A stretch of DNA of 64,000 bases, taken from NCBI RefSeq assembly GCF_964204865.1, contig NC_135250.1, positions 26,412,001 to 26,476,000 of the forward strand, read 5' to 3'. This document shows, piece by piece, positions 1-12,620 of this stretch. The translations under genes and the position numbers were made by a program. How positions within the stretch are numbered: the first letter of the stretch is position 1; each line of letters opens with the position of its first letter. Under the pieces are notes generated by a model. The model made no database searches. It was given only the letters and a program-made list of their open reading frames with translations, and had not been told where the DNA came from. Source of the stretch: Styela clava. Lineage: Eukaryota.

Positions 1-1571
1 GGTGTGTGGTATATTGGTTGTGACCTTTTGTGCTTTTTTAACTAGTAAAATTGAGAGTGACAGGAGGTGGTAAAAGACATTTCATCCATACATAGCACGT
101 GTTAAACATAATACAAATATTATACACCTAAATCTGATCCATGCTGTCATTTTGTTATCTATCAAAGCGGTAATACGATTTCCCCCTCAGATTTTCGTGA
201 CCTTTTGACCCCTGGTGACCCCAGTTACACTCATATTATCCAAATAAACATTTGGGATAAAATAACATGCCAAGGCTAATAATTTGTGCAATGTGCAAGA
301 TTGTTTGAAAGAAAAACTACGAAGATAATGGACATTCAATTTTCCCTACCCCTGATTTATTGGTCGGAATGCATAGGCGTTACGCAAGATTTTAAATCCC
401 AATTTCTCGCTAATTGCCGGGTTTCAGAAATGGTAACCGAGGTTTTCTAAAAAGGGAAGTGACCCTCTCAAAACTCTTGCTCTAAATTTCGGGTACAAAC
501 TTTGCACACGGGATCGACCACAGCGGATGCATTATTCTGTGCATAGTCACTTCTGTGCTCGTTATAATGATTTACAAATATAATAGGAAATTATGCTTGG
601 CGTTACATTATTTCTATATGGGGATATCAAAAAATGGCAGGTGTATCTTACGCATTTAAAATTCCCATAAACGCGAATGTTTTTGCGTGCAAACAAAACG
701 ATGATGGAATTTCATGCACGTTATTCAGAACAATGAGATTTTCCGACTATTTTGGGCACCAACGGAAAAATATATGAAAGAGGAATAAAGAAAAAATTTC
801 CCCACTTCTATGAAAAAGTATTGTTTGTACTGTGAATCATGGAACGACGTATGATAAACATAGCATGTGAAATTTTCAATGTGTTTCAAATTATTGGCTG
901 GTAGTAACTTGAAATCGAGTTTATCCACAACCTGTCAACAAAAGAGTAGTGAGCAGTCACATTTTTAACTATTAACTCGAAGTCATATTTCCACTTCATG
1001 AAATTGCTTTTCACCGAGTTTCTATTTCGATAGTGCAGACTATATTTTCCCAAGTTTCATGTCAACCGACACTGATATATTCGTAGCACCAATCGTTTCT
1101 GCATATGGCTTTCTGAGTACCGTTTGAATTTTCTGACAAATTGTTGTTTTGTTCTGTTTTTCCCAGACAATGCTAAATTATCGATTTCGAATTTTTGTTG
1201 GAAGAATTTTCTGAATCGCTTTCGTTTCTATTTTTTCAAATTTTATATGAATCCTATGAGACACGATACTTCACCCACAATTTTATTTTTCATTTGTCAG
1301 AACAATTTCCAATTCAGAACATTTCTCATAATGTATAAAAAGAATTTATTCCGCCACGCTTATTCGCGGAAATTTTCAACAAACTTGCTGCTCAGTTTTG
1401 CTTAGGTGATGTTTGGTATTTGTATCACATTATGTGTTTTGCAAAGTCCCAGAGCGAAGAATATCGAAATGCGAACGCATATTTTCGATTATCTCTCATG
1501 TTTTTTTCTGCCTGACGTCGGGAATTGGTGGTGGAAAAAAACAAATATTATATGATCTGATCGCTTCATGG

Positions 1572-1918
1572 CGTATCATTCAAAATACTAGCCATAATCC
1601 CAATAATTTGAATCAAACTTCCGCATTGGGTACAAAGGTCAACAACACAGAACCTCTAGCCTAAATTAAACTCTCGTAGAATGGTAGAATAACAGAACCA
1701 AGTATAACACGTGTTATTGGTGTTATGGAAAACTTTCTGTATTTATTAGTGTACAATATTTCATGTATATATGGTGAATAAAATAAAATGTTGATTACTG
1801 ATTTCACTGCAAAACTAAAAGTACATGACGTATCATTCAAAATGATAGCCAAAATCACAATAATTTGAATTAAACTTCCACATTGGGTACAAAAGTCATC
1901 ACCACAGAACTCTAGTCT
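1572..1918. repeat. Diverged direct repeat, ~90-bp core, period ~257 bp
   Basis: CGTATCATTCAAAAT..AATAATTTGAAT..CATTGGGTACAAA at 1572 and 1829. Confidence 0.7.
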
Positions 1919-3139
1919 ATATAATATTTTTGTATATTTTTAGAATAAAAATAAGTGGTTCAACACGGGGTTTTTGATGATATGATAACTCTCATTGCAC
2001 GATTTTATCAGTCTTAATCCTTACGTTGATACGTGATTTACAACACGTGATTACGTTCGCGGCAAGGTAGCAGGAAGGTAACGGTTAAAATGAGCCTTTT
2101 TGGTAATTCACTGTACATGACAGTCTTAGGTTTGATTATTTGGAATTTCGAAAGCCCGTCGATGCAGCTCAATTGCATAATTTCAACTTTAAAGTAAACG
2201 AAAAGTAGTGCTGGGCATTGTTAATTAATAATGAATGTTTAGTACTTTTCGATTATTGCGCAATCACTAATTTTTCAATACGTTTTTTATTCTGTTTATA
2301 TCTTTAAGTTAGATTAAAAAAGTTAAATATTAAGTTATTGTCCCACTATTCTCTGTTTATATTCGGTTAGATTACATCGAACTTCTCACAATCTAGCCTA
2401 AGATAGTGGTAAAACAACAACGGGATAGTATTGAAAGTTCTCAAGGATTCGGGTATTTTACTACTTTCCATATCTGCGACTATTCGTTCTGATTCACAGC
2501 CCTGTTATGACATAGAACAAGAACTAGATATACAAGGGAAAACATTTTCAAATATCAATAGTTTGCAGTTTTTTTAAATTTTGTTTTGGTTGGCGTATTG
2601 AATCATTTCAGAAAAGTATTCACAGTAGAGTATTACAAAATTTAAAAGTTCATTTTTACATGATAAATTAGTAGATACGTTGTGGTAAGGCATGATGACA
2701 GGTTAGATTCCTAATTGAGATTTTTGAATCGCAAAGATGAATCTAGCACAATTCTAGCTATGCGATTATTATCTTTCTATGAAGATGTAGTAAAATTAGT
2801 CGTGAAACAGTTTTAAATTTGGAGTAGCGCTTTTCCTGTCAGCCAAAACGGTCTAATGAGTTCCCTCCATATATTTTGAAAACAATTTATAATTGCAGTT
2901 CAATTTATGATTTTGATTGTCCGTGGCAACTATGAGATTTTATGATCAGATGGATTTTACATATTTTGTTATCTTTACAAAATCACGAAGAAGTTTCAGC
3001 AGAAAGCATTTTATGTGCTTCCATCCTTATTCTTATCTTATTGAAAAGCATATTTATTTTTCCATCGTAAAATGCATTATTATGCCGTAGTATATAGACG
3101 TTAATATGTTCCTACTAAGACATTTTGTGGAAATACAAT

Positions 3140-6100
3140 ATGGATTTACGAGCTTTGACAATATTGTTTTTTGCGATCACGCATATTTCTTCAGGTTAAG
3201 GTACGTGTCTTAGTTTAATTACTTTTTGTAACATAGGAATACTTCTACTACTTGATGGCAGATTTTGCAATAATTGTTGGTCAGTTCAAAAATACTGATC
3301 ATTCAAACAGATGAGCCGTCGCACAAACCAGAAACCATTATCCGAATTTAAACTACGTGTTGGGTTAAGTTCAAATTTTGATATCGAGTTGCAGAGCCAA
3401 CATTAAGTGTAATCACAATTCTTATTTTTTTTTTTAAATCCTAGATGTTTATACTGATGGTAGTTCCAATTATTAAAATTATAGAAAGAATTGTCTCACC
3501 TGCCATGGTGATATCGTGGATATTTCGGGTAATTTTCCAATATTTTTCATTGTTTTCTGTTCTTATAACGTCACTGAATAACTCAGGTTAATAAAATGTT
3601 AGTACTTGTGATGTAATTTTTATTTGCGCCCCAGAAGTATGTGTACCAATATAGAGGGAACTAATTTTGTTTGCCTACTTTACATCAAGTTGTGTAAAAG
3701 GACTGAAACCTATGGGCATGGGGTATATTCACTTGGCTAACACAGACAATACCGAACTCGTAATAGAACTAAAATAAGTAAAATCGAAACAAAATTACGA
3801 CCTAACCATAACCGAACTCGTAATAGAACTAAAATAAGTAAAATCGAAACAAAATTACGACCTAACCATAACCTGGTACACACACTATAAGAGTACCGTT
3901 TTCTTTAACATTTCAATTACAGTCGTTGGAATGGATAGTTTGGTTACACACATCGGAAAACCTAAAAAATATATTTGATAAGTTTTCTTTGACATTAGAA
4001 GATAGAGTGATTTCGAACATTTTAAACTCAGAATTGATTTCACAAAATGATTATAGATTGTAGCTGACCACAAGTCAAAGACATTACTGTGATGTACTTT
4101 GACCAGAGTAGGACCTAATCAGACTGTCGTAATCCAACTATCATAGCAAGGCAAAACAAATCATTATTTATCGTTCCAACAAAACCAAATGAATTGAAAG
4201 AGCGATTTGAACATCAGTCGCAAATAGCAAGATAACAATACTTCACAAACTTTCTTTGTTATTTTAATTCGTACGCGACAATTTCTACATATATGTTGTA
4301 ATTTTGCAAGTCACTTCCCCAATGATAGGCATAAATAAATAGATATTTTCTTGAACATTACTTCCTATTTATAGAACCGTGGAAAAGCGAATGTATTGAT
4401 GGATTCAAACTTCTATTTTTCCACGAAACGAAAAATTACACTGAAGCCAAATCAGCTTGTGAATCTGCGGGAAGTTATCTCGTCAAAGTTGATAATCAAA
4501 AAATAACTGACGTGATAAACGATGTACTCAAGTGAGTTGCATTCACCGTTTACGAGAACAAAACATTTTATTTTTATAGTCAATTAATTTTTCTCCTCAA
4601 TAGTGCTATTTTTCATGTATTTTGGACTAAATCGGATCGGTGGATATATTCCAAAATACCGATATATTTGCTATATAGGACACGTTTTCATTTTAACGTG
4701 AGGTAGTTTACATAGGATTTGAATGAGACAATATATGATAACGCACATGCAAAACATTGATAAGAATAAGCTTCACTGTTTTATGTGGATATATCCTGCC
4801 AATTATTCAGAAAACTTGTGCTCTCTTATAGGTATTGCAAGAGCTTCCAGGACATATATTTGATCTTCGTGCCTTGTTCACGTGTACGATGTTAATTCAA
4901 ATCATATTTAAATTCCAAGCTATAGTTGGTCAATTTGCGTTTACACTTATTTTTCGTGTGATAATTATTTTAATTTCAACCTATTCAGAAACAATCTATT
5001 GAGAGAACAATTTTTCATTGGAGGGAACGACATAGCCAAAGACGGAGACTGGAAATGGCAGGACGGGACTGACGTAATAATGAGAGGAGGAGAAGGATAT
5101 CAAAACTGGTTAGTTATTAATAGATTTTTTAGGATTTTCAAACTTTCATGACGAATAAAGGTAATGGAGAAAAAGAACATCTCATGTCAAAATATCAAAA
5201 ATTTCATAGCCAATTATTAGCAACCTTTTTGTGACTATGTGTAATTATTGTTTATTAAGCTTTTTGTTTATTTCTTCTTTTTTAATTCAGGAGGTCCGGA
5301 GAACCAAATAGTGGAGGAGAGGGAAATGAGGATTGTTTGGTTGTTGGTCTGGAAGGCAATGATTGGGTAGATTATACATGCGAAAGAAGACTTTATTTTA
5401 TATGTCAAAAAGATGATGAAATATATCAGATATTGTAGTTCCTTCATACAATTTTCAAATATGAAAAGTCACCTTTTTGGTTTAATAATTCTATCAAATA
5501 TATACACCGAGTGCCGTTGTAAAAATATCTAGTGAAAAATAAGATTTCAAATGCCATAAAAAATAGAATTTCATACAATAATCATTGTTGTTATTTTTAA
5601 GATATTTATATTGTCGTTATGCACGTGGTATAACTTTAATAAAATCTAATCTTTGATGTACAATATCATTAAAACAGAGTTCCAGGGTCCTTTTCTGGAA
5701 ATTCAAAGTACAGGTCAAACTCAGATGACTTGTACTAAGACCAAGTGTAACAAGGGTACTAATGTTGAATGGTATACGAGTTTCGTGATACCAACAGATC
5801 CTAGCAATCGTGTTTATCAAACAAAGCAATCTGGATCAGCAATATTACATCTACAAAACGCAGATATATCTTATGCAGGGAACTACTCCTGTTGGTCTTG
5901 GGTTAACGGTGTTAAAAAGGGAAGAAATAAAATTGAATATGAAGGTAACATTGATATAAAATTGTTGGCTGTTTATTCCCGTTTTAATTGAAACTGGCTG
6001 ATTGAGATCTCATATTCTAAAGCCCTATGCACGAGACTTGTTCCATCACTCGGCTACAGTAACGATCAGCCCATACACGCAAATTTGTAAACTAGGACAT

Positions 6101-7055
6101 TTAGTAATCCCGTTGTATAAGGACCAGGTTAGGATTAGGCAATAATTTTATTCCCATTTTCCTTGATTTAGTTCTATTACGAGTTCGGGGACTGTCTCTG
6201 TTAGCCAAGTGAATACACCCCCTGACTATAGGTTTCAGTTCCTTCACACATTCTAATGTAAAATATTCGAACAAAATTTGTTACCTCCATATTAGTACAC
6301 ATTTATACTACTGGAGCGCCTTCTAATTGTCACTATTAATTAGTCTAATATAAATAATGACGTATGGAACGGAAGAAAAATAAACACACAAAGCTCACGA
6401 CAAAGTAGTATCAAATCTTTTACAATACCGGCAGTCTTCTTTATCAAAAAACTTCCTACTTAGCTGACCACCAGATCTCTGATATACGATCGTGAAATCG
6501 GCGCATGGTGCGCACTCTTTAATTTTGATGACGAAATCACATAAAACTTAAAGGTGGAAAAAAAAATTACAGAGCTCACGGAATTTTAATAGTAATAAAA
6601 AGTAATCGCCTTACAGCAAAAACAACATTTATTAACCACTCCAAATTTTAAAGCAATTGATCGAGTGATAAAGGAGAATGACAATTTTGTCACAAAAATA
6701 GCGACAAAGAAAAGAAGAATACAAGCAACATCCAGAATTTTCACAAAAAAAGTCCATGGGTCAACTTTGTGCTCAATGTCCACGCAGAAATCACGAAATG
6801 CGACTCATATTTTACTTTTGATGTATTCTATATCTTTTCTATCACAGAAAAGATTGTCAATTCCAATTAACCTTCAGACATTAAGCTTTCATTCATTTTT
6901 CAAGTAGTGCATCTTCCTTTACATTCGCTAACCAACTACATTATTTTATCAGTTGAGGGAACTCCAACAATTAACCATATTCCGAATTACACGTGCAACT
7001 CCAGTTTATTAATCTCGTGGGAACCTCACAAAAATGCAGTTGGATTTCCTCACAA
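3140..7055 (+). pseudogene. Truncated long-form paralog (copy 1): SP, CTL, Ig and half FN3; pseudogene, or possibly a secreted CTL-only lectin
   Basis: Exons 3140-3200, 4375-4531, 4989-5108, 5291-5412, 5678-5944, 6953-7055 are homologous to copy 3. Lesions: CAA>TAA at 3197-3199 at the end of the signal-peptide exon; donor GT>AT at 5413 (read-through stop 5436-5438); all downstream exons removed by a breakpoint at ~7712. Confidence 0.8.
3625..3885. repeat. Related MITE subfamily copy with an internal perfect 60-bp tandem duplication (3751-3810 = 3811-3870)
   Basis: Direct reading. Related copies at ~16057-16242, ~6120-6320, ~19635-19847 and ~54919-55120. Confidence 0.7.
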
Positions 7056-8290
7056 GTGAGATTATTTTAATGGTCCAATACTTACTATCCTCGTTATTTA
7101 CATTTGATCCGAGTCAATTTTTGTGCTTTTTTTGGAGCAAAATATTTTGGGCTTTAGTTTCAGTATTTTAGTAGATTGTCATAATCAAAGTCGCGACTTG
7201 AGATTACCTAACAAAATTATATGAGAAAGCGATTGCGTATAAAATGATATACGGGATATTCTGATTTTTCCTCTTTTAATTTCGCTTTTAACCGTTATTT
7301 CTTATGAGCAATGTAAACATGAATATGCGTATTTTAGGATGCGTCATTGACGTTTTTTCATAGTTTGGTCAGGTAATATTGTTTTTGTTTGTAGTTTTAA
7401 GTGAATGTATAACATTCGAAATATGACTTGGGCTTCCGGGTAACGATGAAGTTGTCTAATCTGATACCTTTATTGTTGTGTCTTATTTTGCAACCTTTCA
7501 TATTAAAGGAATATATAGCAATTTAGCAAAGTTTCTTTTGTTAAAATTGAAAGCGTAAAAATTTATTAGAAAAAATATAGCAGCAGAGCTCAAGCATTCT
7601 TGCCGATACCTTTCGACTCGTATTAAAAGAGTTAGTCAAACTTAATGGTAAGTTTCACAAGGTTGAAAAATTTGTTTTTAAATAAGGGACACCCTAAAGC
7701 CGTAGAATAGCATTAGAAAAAAAAGCAATAGAATAGCAACTTATAGCAGAGGGGTCATGCAATTAACGATGCATAGGCTAGAAAGTCTCATCGTTTAAAT
7801 AAGTTGGTTGCCGCCGATCTAAGTATAATCTCAATTATCGTGACGCACTTGTTTTGCCGAAGGCTGCCTTTGATCAAAATGCCTTTGAATAGTAGTAGGA
7901 TTGTGAGCTAAATATCATGATTTTTCTTACTCAATTTTTTTTCAAATCGATAAAAAACTAAAGCTCTACCTACCTCTGGCTTTTCTAGCTTCAATTTCAT
8001 TTTCCAGGATGTGTTGTTCGATGATATCGCTTTCGCAAAATATGTGTCAAAAAATCATCACTGTCTTTCTTTGATTGTCCGCAAACAGAATTCAAAATAT
8101 TATCAAAAATTTAGATGTATATCTCAATATTAAGTATAATTTTTTATAAAATAGGTTTATCAAATACTCTGATATCGCATGGTGGTCGCAAGATGATTGC
8201 GTATGCGAGATGATTGCGTATTTATTACACTTCACCAATGGCATGATTGCGCACTCAAGACATGGTCTGTTATTCCTGGATTCGCAATTC

Positions 8291-8526
8291 GGTGCTCCCG
8301 AAGTATGCAAACCAAGATGACGGACATCGGAACGTAACATGGGTAACAGGTTAGGGTTGGGCGATAATTTTTTCTCAATTTTCCCTATTTTAGTCCTATT
8401 ATCAGTTTGAAGACTAGCCAAGAGCCTTCCGTATTATTTATACCTAAAATTATGGCCTAACCCTAACTCAGTACACATATTACATTCCGATGTCCGCCAT
8501 CTTGGTTCGCATACTTCGAGAGCCCC
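8291..8526. mobile_element. MITE with long TIRs containing CAAGATGGCGG and GGTTAGGGTT (reference copy of an abundant family)
   Basis: TIR ends GGTGCTCCCGAAGTATG / CATACTTCGAGAGCCCC. 8-bp TSD CGCAATTC at 8283-8290 and 8527-8534. Empty site TTCGCAATTCTATAC at ~31322. Confidence 0.85.
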
Positions 8527-9583
8527 CGCAATTCTATACAAATGCCGTAGCCATATTTAACTAAAGAATAAAGCGATTTATATTCGGTTTTTAGAATTTT
8601 ATGGAAAGGAAAGTTGGTGGAAAGTCGTTATAATCCTTCTAGTGTGGTCATTTTAAAAATTTACCATTATAGCACAAATTGATGACACGTATATTCTGAC
8701 TCCTGACTATCGATCCATGAGGAAATTATCCATGAAGAAATTGTTATTCCGATCTATTGACACTACTCAATATTCATTCGTTTATGCCTGATTCACGTTT
8801 AATAAAAGGTCGATTTGCAATAAAGTTAAGCGACAATAGCGTATACGCATTTCCCGGTATTCTTGCTAACATATTTTGTTGATTTAATAGTATATGTAAC
8901 TCATAGAGTGAACTGTAGGTGAATAGATGAAAACAAAAGAATTTAACTCAGATTCACAGCCGCAAATAATATGGCACATGGGTAGTCAGAATAGAGTCAC
9001 GAGTTAAATTAATTTGAAACGTGGATTCCGATTTGTCAGTTTTTGTTTTGGTTGGCATATTGAATCATTTAAGAAAAAGTATTCACAGTTGCACAGAGTA
9101 TTGCCAATTTGAAGAGTTGTTTAATTTTTCACATGATAAATTAGTAAACACGTTGTGGTAGGGCATGTGGGCGTCTGCTACTTCCCTTAAATGAATTGAT
9201 GACAGGTTAGACTATCAATTTAGATTTTAGAATCGCATAGATGCAACTTGCACACATCTCGTTGTACGATTATTACCTTGTTACGAAGATGTAGTTAGAT
9301 TAGAAGGGAAACATTTTTTAAATTTTTGAGTAGTGCTTTTTCTGTCAGTCAAAACGATCTAATGAGTTTCTCCACATATTTCGTAAACAATTTATAATCG
9401 CTGCTTAATCTACGATTTAGATGCTAGTGGCACCTATGGGATTTTAAAATTGAATATATATTGACTGCATTTTTTACATATTTTGTTACTCTTTTATGTG
9501 CTTCTATCCTTCTATCATACGCTACAATGCATTTATAAGTCGTTAGGAATATTTAAGATTGAAACTCTTTATCGGAATACAAG

Positions 9584-9644
9584 ATGAATTTAGGAGACTT
9601 GGCGATTTTGTTTTTTTCGATCACGCATATATCTATAGGTCTAG
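9584..9644 (+). pseudogene. Orphan signal-peptide exon of a short-type paralog (copy 2)
   Basis: MNLGDLAILFFSITHISIGL + G|GTACGT. The exon and flanks (7748-10555) closely match 30791-36776, but homology stops at ~10555 and no CTL exons follow. Confidence 0.75.
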
Positions 9645-10190
9645 GTACGTATATTTTTTTAATTACTTTTCTACTACTCAATGAAAATTTTGGCAAAAAT
9701 AGTCAGTTTAAAGATACTAATCGAACGGATGAGCCGTCGAACAAATATTTCGTCCGTGAATACCGAAAACCATTATTCGAATTTAAACTACGTGTTGGGT
9801 TAAGTTTATCTTTTAATATCGATTAGCAGAGGCAACATTCAGTGTAATCACATTTCTTGTTTGTTTTAAATCGTAAATTTTTATACTGGTGGTAGTTCCA
9901 ATTATTAAAATTAAAACAAAATAGTTTTACCTGTCATGGTGATATCGTGATTATTTCGAATAAGTTTTCAATATTTGTTTATTGTTTTCTGTTCTTATCA
10001 CTGAATAACGCAGGTTAAAAAATGTTCTTACTTTTGATATAATGTTTTTTTTTAGTTTTTTAAATGGATTGAATAATTGGTTACAATCATTTTCCAAAAA
10101 ACCCAAAAAATATACTGCATATACTTTTCTTGGCAATAAGAGATATTGTAGTGTAAAACCTTGCTGTGGTGGCATAAGTTTACAACAATC

Positions 10191-10309
10191 TTGTAAACTG
10201 CTTGTCTGAGGAACTCTGATTTCGGTCAGACGAAACGCAAGCAGTTTACAACAATCTTGTAAACTGCTCGTCTGAGGAAGTCTGATTTTGGTCAGACGAA
10301 ACGTTACAG
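10191..10309 (+). ncRNA. Tandem minimal type-I hammerhead ribozyme motifs (Penelope/retrozyme-like), 66-bp unit
   Basis: Unit 2: CTGAGGA(10272-10278)-A-GTCTGA-ttttgg-TCAGAC-GAAA-CG-TT^ACAG, with a perfect 6-bp stem II and the palindromic ACGT mini stem III. Unit 1 (core at 10206) has a 15-bp stem I (TTGTAAACTGCTTGT/GCAAGCAGTTTACAA) but lacks the cleavage triplet. Confidence 0.65.
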
Positions 10310-10559
10310 AAATATATTTGTGTTAGTGTGCAGCAGGACTCTTGAATTGTAATAGTTTAGCTTGAAAAATAGGTTAATTAAAGAATTCGTTGGGATTGCA
10401 AAAAATTAGTTTGGGAACGAGACTTATCATTTTCCACTTTTGTAACACTTTAAATACTCTCCATAAAATGTAAGTTTGACCCGCCAGTTTGAGTGGGCAA
10501 ATTTTCTGGCACCTGGTCTAAAAACCTTGCCCACCTCTGAGCTAGTAGTAGGCTTTTGA

Positions 10560-12620
10560 TATTTGATCTTCTTGACTGTGTATTTAAATTAAAACTTATT
10601 CGAATTAAATTATTAAATAACAATGTTAATTCAAATACTTGAATCATAACTTGCGTAAGCAGTCCTTTTAATTTCATCACCAATATGTACAGATCGGCTT
10701 GTACGTTAAAATTGTCATTTCTATCATATCCCTGTACTATAGCCACGATTGATATAAACTTAGTCAAAAACTAGCCTTCAGACCGTTGAATTAAAGTTGA
10801 TATGCTGCTCTTTTTCTAATTATAAATTGAATTGCTACATTCAACTGAATACAACGAATAGGTATTTTTTTGCTAGATTAGACATATGACTTAATATATT
10901 AAGATTGATTCGGTGCACACTACTGTTTGTTTGGTTACAATTCTTAGCAAATTTATGGATGCATATATTTTTCTAACACCAAGTAGAAGAATTACCATCT
11001 GATTGTACTCATCTAATTGTATCTCTTATTCAATAAGACTTATTGTACTTATTGTCTTTTTATGATTATTGCCTAATACAACTATATTAGCGTAACGCTG
11101 CTAGCTCTAACTATTCCAGTCATCTCACTATGTATGGAAAAACAATTACATCTACCTATCTTAGATAGACAGTATGTAGAGAGATGAGGTAGACAGCAAC
11201 TAACAAATCTAATAATAATCATTGATTTCAACCTTATTTTAGGCCCGTCTGAGCCTTTTTTACACCTATTATAAAAAGTTATTACTGTTTGTTCAAACAT
11301 GCCAATAAAACCAATTTCCCAGAAATGTAAAATCGGCGGCGTTCTTTATTTTTATTGTCCTTCTTGAAAGATTATATACCCTTTTATTTCGACTCAATAA
11401 CAATACCTTTTTTATCACCCTTCTTGAATAATTATACCCTTTATTATTTCTACCTAATAACATGATATATGATCATTTTATATGTGATGTAATATATCAA
11501 GACCTTAACCCCCAAAGTACCTTCACGCCAATATAAACGCCATCAAACTGCTTTCTACATCGTCTAACGTTGCATCTGATATTGTTAGACTAATGGCTTG
11601 TTTCCTAGAATAAACATTCAACACCCACCAGTGTCGGTGTTCCACAACTGTGACTTGCTCACTGTTTTGATATCAATACACCTACATGAAAAATCATTTG
11701 AACTCTGTATTGTGAATTAGCTACCTAAGACAGTATTTTGATATGGGTTGAATATAGAAACCAGATGATTCATCATTTACTTTAGATTAAATTAGTCTAA
11801 CAAGGTTCAATCCAATAAGTTTAGATTGTTATTGAGACTAACTGTTGCTAATCGAATCAAAATTCGATTGAAAAATATCATGTAGCCTGGCATGAAATTG
11901 ATTTTGTCAAATCAACCATAACTTAAGTCAACCCTATTTGGTACTCCCGAAGAATGTGAACCAAGATGGTGGACACCGGAAGTAGTATGTGTACCAGGTT
12001 AAGGTTAGGTCATGTGTGTTACTTTTAATACCATTAAGGTTGAGGTATATAACCTGAGGTACTATCCAGATTGATCAGCTATCTTGACTCATCAAAATAG
12101 ACAATATCTTAGTAAGTCGACCTCTTCCTTGTATCTTTGGCCCTCACTGTGTCAACTTTAGTGTTGAAACAAGTAATTGACCACGTTTAATTTCTCTGCG
12201 GATGTACATGACCAAAGAGTATGTTTTCAAAACACACTGTTTTGCAACAAACAATTTCCTTTACACTATCTTTATTTATTACATTGGTATCATTTATTCT
12301 TGAACATCGAAAGTTCCCTCTCGTACAAGAAGTTGTTTTGTGCCTTATTACTCCCAATTTTTTTTTTCCAACGAGTTCTTTATACAACTTTGGTATGGAT
12401 ATTCAGCATTAGAGACTTGGAATTAATCAGAATTTGGATTTAGTTTTAAGGCTCTACAACTACAAATAACTAAGATCACCGCGCTATTTTAAATTTTATA
12501 CGTCTTTTCTTAATCAAACTAATGTCACTTAAGCAAAATAAAAATAAAAGTGAATATCTCACTCAGGTCCTTAAATCACTATGCATCGTCGTTAAACACA
12601 AATAATCTGCAATATAACAG
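10560..12620 (-). pseudogene. Highly decayed intronless NACHT (NLR-like) coding relic
   Basis: Across shifting frames, motif-like pieces appear in NACHT order and plausible spacing: RCIVI*GPE* (12590-12561, Walker A lead-in), VILVICSCRAL (~12479-12447), LLVREGTFDV (~12333-12304, Walker B-like), NILFGHVHP (~12226-12200), QLLVST (~12180-12162, sensor-1-like), EIGFIGMFEQTVITF (~11320-11273), FFH..LELAAL (~11145-11092, winged-helix-like). Many stops. Confidence 0.4.

Larger units (their letters stand above)
7748..10555 (+). repeat. Segmental duplicate of 30791-36776 (upstream region, exon 1 and part of intron 1 of the short-type gene)
   Basis: Near-identical collinear sequence once the copy-specific insertions (8291-8526, 31350-34390, 35252-35640) are removed. 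Confidence 0.9.

Noticed and set aside
8345-8360. Interstitial telomere or chromosome fusion site
   Set aside because: The TTAGGG units number only 1-2 and always lie inside MITE arms.
10177-10309. CRISPR-like array (palindromic repeats)
   Set aside because: Only two units, the intervening sequences are near-identical rather than unique spacers, there are no cas genes and the context is eukaryotic. A hammerhead reading fits better.
10450-10767. Penelope RT fragment (YDRNDNFN resembling YDKRDDFNF) next to the hammerheads
   Set aside because: It is a single short resemblance with no surrounding RT motifs, and the region is better explained as the tail of the NACHT-like relic.
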